Origin: Candidatus Marinacidobacterales bacterium
Lineage (GTDB): Bacteria > Acidobacteriota > Vicinamibacteria > Marinacidobacterales > SMYC01
DNA length: 64,000 bases
Reading direction: 5' to 3'
NCBI GenBank assembly: GCA_965224085.1
Contig: CBDCYI010000004.1
Location: 704,001 to 768,000, forward strand
This document shows, piece after piece, positions 39,984 through 49,425 of this stretch; the stretch's first letter is position 1; each line of letters begins with the position of its first letter. The notes under the pieces were generated by a model. It made no database searches and was not told where the DNA came from. It saw only the letters and a program-made list of their open reading frames with translations. The position numbers and the translations under genes are program-made.

Positions 39984-40949
39984 GAATCACTTACGTGTTG
40001 TTCGTCATCGGGCTCGCGGCCAACTCGAGCCCACAGTCGCTCGAGGATGAGACCGTGACTCGCCTCGCGGAATACCTTCGCATCGACACCATCAACCCTC
40101 CGGGGAACGAGTCGAACGCCGTCGACTTCTTCGCGAAGCTACTCGACGCCGAATCGGACATACGCCGCGAGGACGGAGAGAACAAAATCTCCGCTCTCAT
40201 CGGCGCTGTCGCGGAAAACGTTTTCCGGCTCGACCAGCATGGCCTCATCCTCGCTCACCATTCCTCTGAGCGAGCCCGGCCGTTCACGGATGCTGAGTCC
40301 GTTCTCGGGCGTAAAATCGCGGATATTCTCCCGGAAAGCGTCACCGACACTTGCGTCAAAGCACTCGCCAGTGTCGTTGTGGGCGGTGAAACGGTCGCGT
40401 TGCAGTTCAGCATCGATCTCGGCACTGCGACGTGCAGCTATCAGGCGCACTTCGCGCCATCCGGCCAACACGAAGTGCTCCTGACCGTCCGTGATCTGAC
40501 GGAGCAAAAAGAAAAGGATTCTTCGAAACCGCGCCTCGATGCCATTCTCAACGCGACGCTCGATCCCGTAGTGACGGTGACCCAAGAGGGCGAGATCAGC
40601 TACCTCAACCCGGTCGGATTCCAGCTACTTGGGCTCGAGGCGCCACTAGAGGCGGGATTGAAAATCGCCGATTTCCTGCCGGAATGGGCCAGAGACCAGG
40701 TCCAAAAGACGGCGATCAGAACCGCAATCGAAGAAGGAAAGTGGCAGGGCGAGTCGGCTCTGCTCGCGCCCGGCGACACCGAGATCCCTGTATCCATGAC
40801 CGCGGTTTCCCACCCGACAGATTCTAGCGAGGTCGAGCTTGTCTCGCTGATCGCGCGTGACCAGTCCGAGCGCAAGCGTTTCGACGACCACCTTCTATTT
40901 CTCGCAGACCACGATCCGCTGACATCTCTCTACACCCGTCGCCGCTTCC
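39980..40949 (+). pseudogene. Chimera: M20 peptidase N-terminus fused to PAS-PAS and the start of a GGDEF domain
   Basis: LAEYLRIDTINPPGNE...LLDAE, then PAS motifs (VRDLTEQK, WQGE, IARDQSERK), then LADHDPLTSLYTRRRF, where it breaks. Confidence 0.75.
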
Positions 40950-41449
40950 TTGCTTCAGCTTGTGGAAGGACGAAAAGCCGACGCCGAAATCATCGAGCGC
41001 CAGGTGGCAGCCGATATGCCGAAGGGCGTTGGCGAAGATCTTTGCGCGATCGGTGTCCGAGATGGCGGTCGTCTCAGTGATCTCGAAGGTCAAAAGCGCG
41101 GGGTCGACGCCATTTTCTTCGAGCTCCTGTTCGATCAACGTCGTGAGCTCGAAATCTCCTAGCGACTTTCCCGACAAGTTGACGGAGAGAGGGACGTCGT
41201 TGCCTGCTTTGTTGGGCTGTGCGTACAGCACGAAGCGCCCGTGTGCGAGGGCGTCCCGAATCAGTTTATCGCCGGAAAGGCGCGAATTGACTTGGGCCTG
41301 CCATTTCTTGTCGGGCGTGAACAATACGAACTGGTCACGGCCTCGCTGCTTGGCGCGGGCGAGCGCTTGATGGGCACGTGACACTAGCTCATCGGCGGTT
41401 GCCCCGTGCTCTGGAAAAAAAGCGATCCCGGCGCTCGCGGTGACACCCC
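40950..41449 (-). pseudogene. GGDEF end + EAL fragment in opposite orientation, internally deleted
   Basis: VTASAGIAFFPEHG...AKQRGRDQF...FVLYAQP joined to LSVNLSG...FEITET...LALDDFGVGFSS. The EAL-motif segment is missing. Confidence 0.8.
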
Positions 41450-41813
41450 TGGGACGTCGTGGCGATCCCGCCGCTTCTCGAGCTCGACGCGCGCGCCGAG
41501 CCACGCTGCGCGGAGAGCGGCGAGGGCGAGGGTCTCATCCATTTCCTCGTGTCGCCTCGCCGTTTCTGGGACAATGTCGGCTATACGTGAGCCACCATCC
41601 TCTTCTTCCGGTCGGAAGAAGAGGATGGCCCGTTGGTGTGAACGACGACACGTTCAGCTCGGCGCTACGGTTCCCCTTGCGACGTGCTGGGAGCTCGGCC
41701 AACTTTGGTATCGCGATCGGCTGGACGAGGACTGGGAGCCAAAGACCGTGGAAACCGTACGCTCGATTTTCGCGACCGTTGGACTCACGGGTGATTTTTG
41801 GACGGTGGGATAG
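41450..41813 (+). pseudogene. MerB-like (alkylmercury lyase family) C-terminal part with in-frame UGA (putative Sec)
   Basis: WDVVAIP...RCAESGE..LIHFLVSPRRFWDNVGYT-UGA-ATILFFRSEE, then after a +1 shift MARWC...WYRDRLDEDW...GLTGDFW. Confidence 0.7.
41595..41628 (+). other. Putative bacterial SECIS hairpin
   Basis: CCATCCTCTTCTTCC-GGTC-GGAAGAAGAGGATGG, a perfect 15-bp stem starting 4 nt after the TGA at 41588-41590. Confidence 0.6.
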
Positions 41814-41846
41814 GAGATGGTCCTCGAAAAAGGGCACTCGGAGCCG

Positions 41847-41891
41847 TAAGCGATTGATTCTAAACAACCGCAACTTGGCACGGCCCGTGCA
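41847..41891 (+). promoter_or_regulatory. IHF site + sigma54 promoter
   Basis: Minus-strand AATCAATCGCTTA (41859-41847) matches WATCAANNNNTTR. TGGCAC-GGCCC-GTGCA at 41876-41891. Confidence 0.72.
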
Positions 41892-41909
41892 GCTGTATTA
41901 TAAAGCGGC

Positions 41910-42644
41910 ATGCGTATACTGACGATCGTGATCCTGGGCTCTTTGAGCCTGCCGCCGCGCGCGGCCAACGCACAGGAAGAGACTGATTTTCTTTTCGGGA
42001 TGCCCCGAGGCGCCTTCTCCATTCGAGGCGGTTATATGACCGCGTCGGCCAATAGCGACGTCTACGATTTCATTACCGAGACGCTCACGGTCGACAAAGG
42101 TGATTTCAACACCCTGATGTTCGGCCTCGACGTGGCGCTCGTCGTTCATCCACGTATCGATGTGCTCGTCGGCTTCGAGTTCGCAAAATCGAAAACGGAG
42201 TCCGAGTATCGCGACTTCGAAGAAGATGACGGCTCTCCAATTACACAGAGTACAGAGCTTTCGACCTTTCCCTTCTCGGGAAGCGTCAAGTTTTACCTCA
42301 CCCCTCGAGGACGGGACATCAGCCGTTTCGCTTTCGTGCCTTCGAAGGCACGCGCCTATGTCGGAGGCGGCGCCGGCCTCGTTTGGCACCGGCTCGCGCA
42401 AACCGGTGATTTCGTCGATTTCGTCGACTTGGCGATATTCACCGGTGAGTTCAAATCGACCGGATTCGGAACACAGGCGCACGCGTTTGTTGGCGTGGAC
42501 GTCCAGTTGAAGCCGGCCGTATACCTTTCGTTCGAGGGACGCTACATGTGGGCGGATGCCGGTTTGTCCGAGGACTTCGTGGGCTTCGACCCCATCGACC
42601 TCTCCGGGCTCCGGTTAACCGCCGGTATCAACTTCAGCTTTTGA
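41910..42644 (+). CDS. Outer-membrane beta-barrel protein
   Basis: Signal peptide, amphipathic strands, AYVGGGAG, terminal GINFSF. Confidence 0.82.
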   Translation: MRILTIVILGSLSLPPRAANAQEETDFLFGMPRGAFSIRGGYMTASANSDVYDFITETLTVDKGDFNTLMFGLDVALVVHPRIDVLVGFEFAKSKTESEYRDFEEDDGSPITQSTELSTFPFSGSVKFYLTPRGRDISRFAFVPSKARAYVGGGAGLVWHRLAQTGDFVDFVDLAIFTGEFKSTGFGTQAHAFVGVDVQLKPAVYLSFEGRYMWADAGLSEDFVGFDPIDLSGLRLTAGINFSF

Positions 42645-42677
42645 GTTAGAATAGAAAGATAACGGAGGAGGGACGCT

Positions 42678-43826
42678 ATGAAATCCGCACTCCTTTTGGC
42701 TGCGCTCTTTGCGGGCCAGGCCGACGTGAACTCCCTTTGGGTTCCTTGGCTGGGCTGCTGGCAGCTCGTCGAGAACGAGCATCGCGAGCCTCTCATCGGC
42801 GAATCCGATCCCACGAGCGGCCAAGACGTGCCGCAGCGTGGCCTAATGTGCCTGAGCCCATCGCCGGACGGTGCCGGTGTCACGGTCACGACCGCGGCGG
42901 GAGGCGACACCTTCCTCGAGGAAACGCTCGTCGCCGACACCGCGAGAAACCCGTCGACGAAAGGCAGCTGCACCGGATGGCAGACGACGGAATGGTCGAA
43001 CGACGGATTCCGCCTCTTCACCAAAGCCGAGCTGACTTGCGAAGACAATCGCAAGCTCGAAGTGTCCGGGCTCAGCATGATGACGCGGCGCTCGACCTGG
43101 GTGGATATCCAAATCGTCGAAAGCCCGGCCGGCCGCGCCGTGCTCATTCGCCGCTACCGCCCCGCGGACGAGCAAGACGTCATGGATGCCGGACTACCCG
43201 CGCTTCCGAGCGAGCTCGTCGAGCGCAGCTTCAAGGCACGCTTTTTCTTGACGAACCCTATGGACACGAACGATGTGATCGAAGCCGCACAAAAAGTCGC
43301 GCCTGAGGCCGTCGAGGCTGCCGTGCTCGAGCACGAAGAAGCCTTCGAGCTCGACGCCGACGCGCTCGTGCGGATGGACGATGCCGGCATGCGCCCCGGG
43401 CTCATCGACTTGATGGTCGCGCTCTCTTATCCCGAGCAATTCGTCGTCAAGAGCGGCGATGAGGGCGGTGGGAGTTTCGGCTTCCCGGGCTTTCTCGGAG
43501 CCGGGGTCCCGAGCGCCATGATGCACCCGTACTATCTGGCGCCCTTCAGTTACTACTACTGGTATGCGCCTTATGACTCGCGCTATGTTGTCGCGCCGGT
43601 CTCGGTGCGCGAAGTGTCCCAAGGCCTCGTGAGCCGGCAGGGCTACGCGCAGGTTTCGCCTCGACCAGGAGCGCGGCGCGCGCGCTTCCACGGCGGCAGC
43701 GGGTCAGGCGACAGTTCGATGAGCGGAACGTCGTCGGGGGGCTCCTCTGGGGGGAGTGTCAGCGGCCAAGGTTACTCGCGCGGCGGCGGGTCAGGGCGCT
43801 CGGCGAAACCGAAGAAAAACAACTAG
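42678..43826 (+). CDS. Exported hypothetical protein with Tyr-rich segment and Gly/Ser-rich tail
   Basis: SD GGAGG, signal peptide, WVPWLGCW, LIDLMVALSYPEQFVV, host-like codon usage. Confidence 0.75.
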   Translation: MKSALLLAALFAGQADVNSLWVPWLGCWQLVENEHREPLIGESDPTSGQDVPQRGLMCLSPSPDGAGVTVTTAAGGDTFLEETLVADTARNPSTKGSCTGWQTTEWSNDGFRLFTKAELTCEDNRKLEVSGLSMMTRRSTWVDIQIVESPAGRAVLIRRYRPADEQDVMDAGLPALPSELVERSFKARFFLTNPMDTNDVIEAAQKVAPEAVEAAVLEHEEAFELDADALVRMDDAGMRPGLIDLMVALSYPEQFVVKSGDEGGGSFGFPGFLGAGVPSAMMHPYYLAPFSYYYWYAPYDSRYVVAPVSVREVSQGLVSRQGYAQVSPRPGARRARFHGGSGSGDSSMSGTSSGGSSGGSVSGQGYSRGGGSGRSAKPKKNN

Positions 43827-43842
43827 AGACAGCGGCGGCTCG

Positions 43843-44652
43843 TTAGTGCGCCTTCATGAACGCGAGCATTGCGCCGAGCGTGTCGTCGCCGACGGCCATC
43901 GACTGAAAGATGCTCCTATGATCGCGGCTTTCAATTTGGATGGTGTTGACTTCCCCATGTCCTTTTTCGACCAGGGCCTTTTTGATGTCCTCGTTCTGCT
44001 GGCGCCTCCAAGGCGCATCGCCGTCGGCGTAGAGAAATAGAAGAGGCGGCGCGTCCGCGCGCACATGTCTGGCGGGCGAAGCGTCTTTCCACACCTCCAT
44101 ACGCTCACCCCAAACGTCTTTTGATCGGTCGGGCGCGACCAAATCGACGTAGAAAAAGCCGCTGATGGGCATCGCGCCGGTGATGATCTCCGGCGAGAGA
44201 CCTTCTTTCTCGAGGTAACGGGGATCGAGCGCCAGAAGGGCGGCAAGATAAGCGCCGGCCGAATACCCGGAGATGTACACGGCATCGGGGCTCCCGCCAT
44301 GTTTAGCGATGTTGCGATAGACCCAAGCCAAAGATCGCGCCGCGTCCTCGGCATGCTCCGGATGCGCGATGGTGGGCGACAAACGATAGTTCACGATCGC
44401 AGCACCATAACCCGCACGCGCGAGCGCCCTACCGACGTGCTCCGAGCCGCCTTTGTCCCCGTTCGTCAAACCGCCACCGTGGTAGAACACAAGCACGGGA
44501 AAGTCACGAGCGCCTTCGGGGAGGTAGAGGTCGAGTCGATCCTTGCCTTCGGCGTATTCCGCACCCTCAACATAATCGATATCCTTGATGACCCGAACGT
44601 TGTCACTCGCGAGAACGCCCGACGCCAGTAGCGCCACTAAGAGAAAGCTCAT
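43843..44652 (-). CDS. Alpha/beta hydrolase (HSL-type esterase)
   Basis: LDLYLP, FYHGGGL, VNYRLSP, SGYSAGAYL, RDH. Confidence 0.88.
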   Translation of the reverse strand: MSFLLVALLASGVLASDNVRVIKDIDYVEGAEYAEGKDRLDLYLPEGARDFPVLVFYHGGGLTNGDKGGSEHVGRALARAGYGAAIVNYRLSPTIAHPEHAEDAARSLAWVYRNIAKHGGSPDAVYISGYSAGAYLAALLALDPRYLEKEGLSPEIITGAMPISGFFYVDLVAPDRSKDVWGERMEVWKDASPARHVRADAPPLLFLYADGDAPWRRQQNEDIKKALVEKGHGEVNTIQIESRDHRSIFQSMAVGDDTLGAMLAFMKAH

Positions 44653-44697
44653 GTGTGCCTCCTGCGTGGCGGATTATGAGCGCTAAGAGCGCCGAGC

Positions 44698-44829
44698 TCA
44701 ACCGGCGCGCGTGCCGTTAGGGACGGGGCTCTCGGGAGCCGCAAGGCGCGGCACGAGACCATCGGCGTAGCCGATATCGAAGAGCATTCCCTCCGAGACT
44801 TCGCCGCGCATCTTGCGCGGCTCGAGGTT
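44698..44829 (-). pseudogene. CsaA/tRNA-binding protein C-terminal remnant
   Basis: NLEPRKMRGEVSEGMLFDIGYADG...PVPNGTRAG followed by a stop. Confidence 0.7.
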
Positions 44830-45272
44830 GGATGATTCGCATCTTCGCGATCCTCTCCGTCGGTGAAAAAGCGCCGGCGAAGCGTCGTTGCGCCGAGCAT
44901 CAAGAAGTAGCTCGGGCTCACCCCTTCGCCCATGATGCGCTCGGGCTCGGTGCTCCCGCCAAGACTGAGGGGGATCTGAAACGAGCCCGCAACGGATTCG
45001 AACACGTCTTGCGCTCCGCGCATATCTTCGAGCACGGGGAAGGAAAGCGAGCGCAGCTCGAGCTCGTCGCGCTCGGCCGTCTCCCAAATCTGGACGAGAC
45101 GCTCGGGCTCGGGGAACGGGAGGGGGTGCAGCATCACGGCTTGAACGACGCTGTAGATCGCCGTGTTCGCGCCGAGACCCACAGCGAGGGTCCAAACGGC
45201 AACCATCGTAAAGCCGGGTTTTTGAAGCAAGCTCCTGAGCCCGACCCGCGCATCTCGAAGCCAATCGGTCAT
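44830..45272 (-). pseudogene. ADOP/MacB-like ABC permease N-terminal fragment
   Basis: DARVGLRSLLQKPGFT...LAVGLGANTAIYSVV...PLPFPEPERLV...VSPSYF. Truncated. Confidence 0.8.
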
Positions 45273-45421
45273 GGATCCAGAGCCACACAAGAGGTGTGCC
45301 AAAATCGAACCCGTCAAAGTATTGACTTTTTTGCCTTACACAGACACCCCGGGACGGTGGCCTGACCGTAGATGGGACAGCCTTGTACGTCACCGAACAC
45401 CGCAATTAGAATTGGAACGAC

Positions 45422-46576
45422 GTGAGAAGCCCAATTGCGGCGCGCAGCCGCGAGATCCCAACCTCCGCCACCGTTCGCATCGCCGACGTTGTCTCCGACA
45501 TGAAGCGGCGCGGAATCGACGTCGTCGACTTCTCCGCCGGTCGCGCCGCCGAGCACACGCCGGCTTATGTCGTCGAAGCGGCATCGCGCGCCATGCACGA
45601 CGGCGACACGCATCAGACGCCGGCGCGAGGCAAGCCCGAGTTCCGGAAAGCGTGCGCGCGAAAGCTCGCGCGCGACAACGGCATCGAAGCGGATCCCGAA
45701 CGCGAGCTCATGGCTACCCTCGGATGCAAGCAAGGGCTCTTTCTCGGACTCCAGGCCACGCTCGATCCTGGCGACGAAGTGCTCGTCGAAGATCCGGGCT
45801 TCGTGAGCTACCAGCCGGAGATCCAATATTCCGGCGGGCGCGCCGTCGCGGTGCCACTTCCGTGGACCACCGAAGCGCTCAAGGAGAAGCTGACGCCGAA
45901 AACCCGTGGGCTCGTTCTGTGCTCTCCGCAAAATCCCACGGGCTTCGTGCACCAGCGGAAGGAGTTGGAGGCTATCGCCGAGCTCGCCAAGGAGCACGAC
46001 CTCCTCGTCTACTCGGACGAGACGTATGAGCGGCTGACGTGGGACGGACACGAGCACATCTCCATCGCTGCGCTTCCCGGCATGCGCGAGCGGACAGTAA
46101 CCCTCATGGGTCTCACCAAGAGTTTTTCGATGGGCGGCTGGCGCGTCGGCGTAGCACTCGCGCCCGAGCCCATCCTCGACGTCATGGTCACCGTGCAGCA
46201 GCATCTCGTCACGTGTGCCGGCTCCTTCGCGCAAACGGGCGCAGTCGCTGCTTATGCGGAGCCTCCTCGCGAAGGTGTACGCGCGCTGTGGGCGGATTGG
46301 GAAAAACGGTGCCGCCGCGCCGCCGAAGCCCTCGACGCAATCCCTTCCGTCCACTGCTCGATGCCGGAAGGTGCCTTCTATGCTTGGGCCGACGTAAGCG
46401 CGCTCGGCGAGCCAGGCGAGACACTCGCGGACCGCTGGCTCGATGAGCTCCATGTAGCCGTCGTGCCGGGCTCCGCCTTCGGGCCCCATGGTGATGGATA
46501 CGTGCGCATCACTTGCGTGCGTTCTTGGGAAGAGCTCGAGAAAGGACTTTCTCGCTTGAGGAGTGCTTTATGTTGA
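45422..46576 (+). CDS. PLP-dependent aminotransferase, class I/II
   Basis: CSPQNPTG, SDETYE, GLTKSFSMGGWRVG, PEGAFY, VPGSAFG. Confidence 0.93.
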   Translation: MRSPIAARSREIPTSATVRIADVVSDMKRRGIDVVDFSAGRAAEHTPAYVVEAASRAMHDGDTHQTPARGKPEFRKACARKLARDNGIEADPERELMATLGCKQGLFLGLQATLDPGDEVLVEDPGFVSYQPEIQYSGGRAVAVPLPWTTEALKEKLTPKTRGLVLCSPQNPTGFVHQRKELEAIAELAKEHDLLVYSDETYERLTWDGHEHISIAALPGMRERTVTLMGLTKSFSMGGWRVGVALAPEPILDVMVTVQQHLVTCAGSFAQTGAVAAYAEPPREGVRALWADWEKRCRRAAEALDAIPSVHCSMPEGAFYAWADVSALGEPGETLADRWLDELHVAVVPGSAFGPHGDGYVRITCVRSWEELEKGLSRLRSALC

Positions 46577-48089
46577 TCTACATCTTACTCACCGTTCTGG
46601 TCTCGGCCGAGCCGGGCACGCGCGCGGACCGCGCGGCGCTCTTCGACACTTGCTCGAGAAAACGATGGCGCGAGAGTCGTTCTCCGCGATCAAAAACGAA
46701 GAACTCGGGCTCGATGTCGAGAAGAACATGCGCCGGTGGCGCGATGAGCTCCTCGACGCTAGGACCGACCAGGAGCTCTTTCACGCGCTCGTCAAAATCA
46801 GCAACGCTCGCAAAGATCGCCACCTTAGCGTGGGCCTTGCACCGGGAGGTCTCGCCGTCGACACGACGCTCACCCACGCGCCCATCCGGTTCATGCCCGA
46901 CTTCACCGATCTCGACAACGTCACGTTCTTTGTGAGCGACGTCGAAGGCGACGAAGCCGAACTTGGCGACCGTCTTATCGCCGTGAACGCGAGCTCGAGC
47001 TTCGCCACCGATCTCGAGCCTTACGTCCGCTATTCGACGCTCAACAAGCTCTGGTGGGAGCTCGCGAAAATGCTGCCGCAAAAGAGCGAGGCGCTCCTGC
47101 CGGCGCGTTTCTATCGCGACACACTCGAGCTCGAGCTCGAGCTCGAGCGCTCGGACAAAGAGCGCTACGAGGTTACCCTTCCCTACGGAGATCCCGAAGA
47201 CCTACGGTGGCGCGGGCCTTCTGAGCCGCGCTATTCGGGGTTCGACCTCGCCTATTCCACCACGACCTACGATCTCTATCGAAACTTCGACGGGAGAGAA
47301 GCGCTCGTCATCGCGTGGCACGGCTTCCGTGAGAACCTCGTCCCCGACGTCGACCGACTCGTCGACTACGCGGTCGAGCACGACCTTCTCGACCACGCGC
47401 TCATCTTCGACGCGACCCGAAGCCGCGGAGGGTCGAAAGGCGCCTACGCGGTGCAGCGACTGTCGCCGAAGTCGTTCAAGACGACCTTTGGCAATCTGCG
47501 TTTGAGCGACGTCATCGAGCCCTTCGTCGAAGAAAAGAGAGCGCAGTTCAAAGAGCATCGGCTTGTCGACGGCGCCGCAACCGAGACGACGGATGGCGGA
47601 TCCTGGCTCATGGACTGGCTCGAGAACGATGTGCTTCTCGGTCTCGCCGCCGGACAAGACTACTCGAACGACGTTCCCTTCAAACTCGCCCACCTCCCGA
47701 AATATTCGGACGGCATCGTCCACCCGGCCCAAGTCCATTTCCGCGGACCGCTCGTCGCCTTTCTCGGTCCGCACGGCGGAAGCCACCTCGACCCGTTCGC
47801 GTCGATCGCCTCCGATAACGAGCTCGGCTACATCATTGGGATGCCCGCGGGCGGCTACAGCAATACGTGGGAATGGGAGGAGACGCTCCGTTTCCCCCCG
47901 ACAAGAAAGCCAGGAAAGCCACTCGTGAGCTACATGTGGTCCATCGGTCACACGATCCGGCCGAACGGGCAAGTTCTCGAAGGCAACCCAGCCGAGGTTG
48001 ACGAATATGTCCCCGTAACCCGTGAGAACTTCGACCTTTACTACGACGAGCTCCTGAGCAGCGCCTACCGCCATCTCGGGCTGGAGTAA
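46570..48089 (+). CDS. Exported S41-peptidase-like protein, 1-nt frameshift near 46647
   Basis: The ATG at 46570 (MLIYILLTVLVSAEPG...LFD) joins the long frame LLEKTMARES. LIFDATRSRGG, GGSHLD, GMPAGG, GQVLEGNP. Confidence 0.55.
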
Positions 48090-48137
48090 ACGGCTATGGC
48101 GTGTCTATCATGGGGTTGCCGCTGTTTTGGAGGATCT

Positions 48138-49133
48138 ATGTTCCGATTCGTTTGTATCGCTTTCGCGCTTGCGGTCCCCGCGGCCGGCGCGACCCAGGAA
48201 GGTGCGCGTGTCAAGCTCAGCGGCTACGTCGAATATCACGAAAACGCGATGCTCGTCGTCGAAGGCCAAAAGGTAGCCGTAAACGGGAAGACCAAGTTCA
48301 AAGGCACAGGCGCCCTCGCTCAAATACCTCTCGGCTACGAGGCCAAGGTGGAGGGCCACCGCCAAGCCGACGGAACCGTACTCGCCAAGAAAATTGAGAT
48401 CAAGCCGAACGGCCAAGCCATGTACGAGTCGGACCTTCTCGAGGCCACGAACCAAATCGAGAAGCTGTGGGTCGACGCGGGCGAGATGTACATGGGGGAC
48501 GGCCGCCGCCGTCAAACGGTCGGTAACATCAAGACCGAAGGGCTCGAAGTCGATCGCGTCCGCGGAATCATGCTCAAGCTCTTGCCACCCTATGTCTCCG
48601 CTAATGATGTACGGGTGCACGTCGTCGAGACCAAGGAGTGGAACGCCTCGGCAATGGGAAACGGCGCCGTTTGGGTCTACACGGGTCTTCTCAACGACAT
48701 GGACGACGACGAGATCGCCATCATTCTCGGACACGAGCTCGCGCACTACACCCATGAGCACTCGCGCCGCGGGATGAAAAAGAGCATGTGGGGCCAGATC
48801 GCGGGCCTCGCCGGAGCCATTGGCACGGGTGCCATCAAAAACGACGCCGCAAGCTCCGTCGCGGGGCTCGGCGCCGGCCTCGGTTTGAGCGCGTGGCAGA
48901 GCGGGTATAGCCGTGACTTGGAAGATCAAGCCGACCGCGTTGGCCTCCGCTACGCCTATGAAGCCGGGTTCGACGTCTCGAAAGGCCCGGGGCTCTGGGA
49001 GAAGTTTCGCAAGAAATACGGCGAAGACGACACGATGTCGAACTTTCTCTTCGGAAGCCACTCGCGCCCCACGGACCGCATCCGGAATATAAGACGCGAG
49101 CTTAGAGTGAATTACCGGGACACGCTGGATTAG
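48138..49133 (+). CDS. DUF5666 + M48 metallopeptidase
   Basis: SD GGAGG, NASAMGNGAVWVYTGLL, ILGHELAH, YSRDLEDQADRVG, GSH. Confidence 0.9.
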   Translation: MFRFVCIAFALAVPAAGATQEGARVKLSGYVEYHENAMLVVEGQKVAVNGKTKFKGTGALAQIPLGYEAKVEGHRQADGTVLAKKIEIKPNGQAMYESDLLEATNQIEKLWVDAGEMYMGDGRRRQTVGNIKTEGLEVDRVRGIMLKLLPPYVSANDVRVHVVETKEWNASAMGNGAVWVYTGLLNDMDDDEIAIILGHELAHYTHEHSRRGMKKSMWGQIAGLAGAIGTGAIKNDAASSVAGLGAGLGLSAWQSGYSRDLEDQADRVGLRYAYEAGFDVSKGPGLWEKFRKKYGEDDTMSNFLFGSHSRPTDRIRNIRRELRVNYRDTLD

Positions 49134-49155
49134 CGGCTACTGGGCAAAAGCCCAA

Positions 49156-49174
49156 TGGTCACGAAATGGTCACA
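49156..49174 (+). repeat. TGGTCAC-N4-TGGTCACA pair, copy 1
   Basis: TGGTCACGAAATGGTCACA, 17/19 identical to 52547-52565. Confidence 0.7.
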
Positions 49175-49425
49175 TCGAGCCGGAGCGAGGGCGAATCCCG
49201 CCCTGGCGCTCGGGGGGATGGTTCGGCACGATGTCGTGTGCGTGATCGACGGGACAGGTAACCAGCTGCGGCTCGTGTCGCTCGACTTCGGCGAAGCGCA
49301 GTAAATCGACTTCATTCGACATAACCCCGTTTCCAGGGCACATTTGAACGCAGCTTTGCCTCCCTGTTATCTTGCTGGGCGGTGCAGGGAATCAGGCGTA
49401 GAGCCACGAGCAAGGAGGACGAGCC

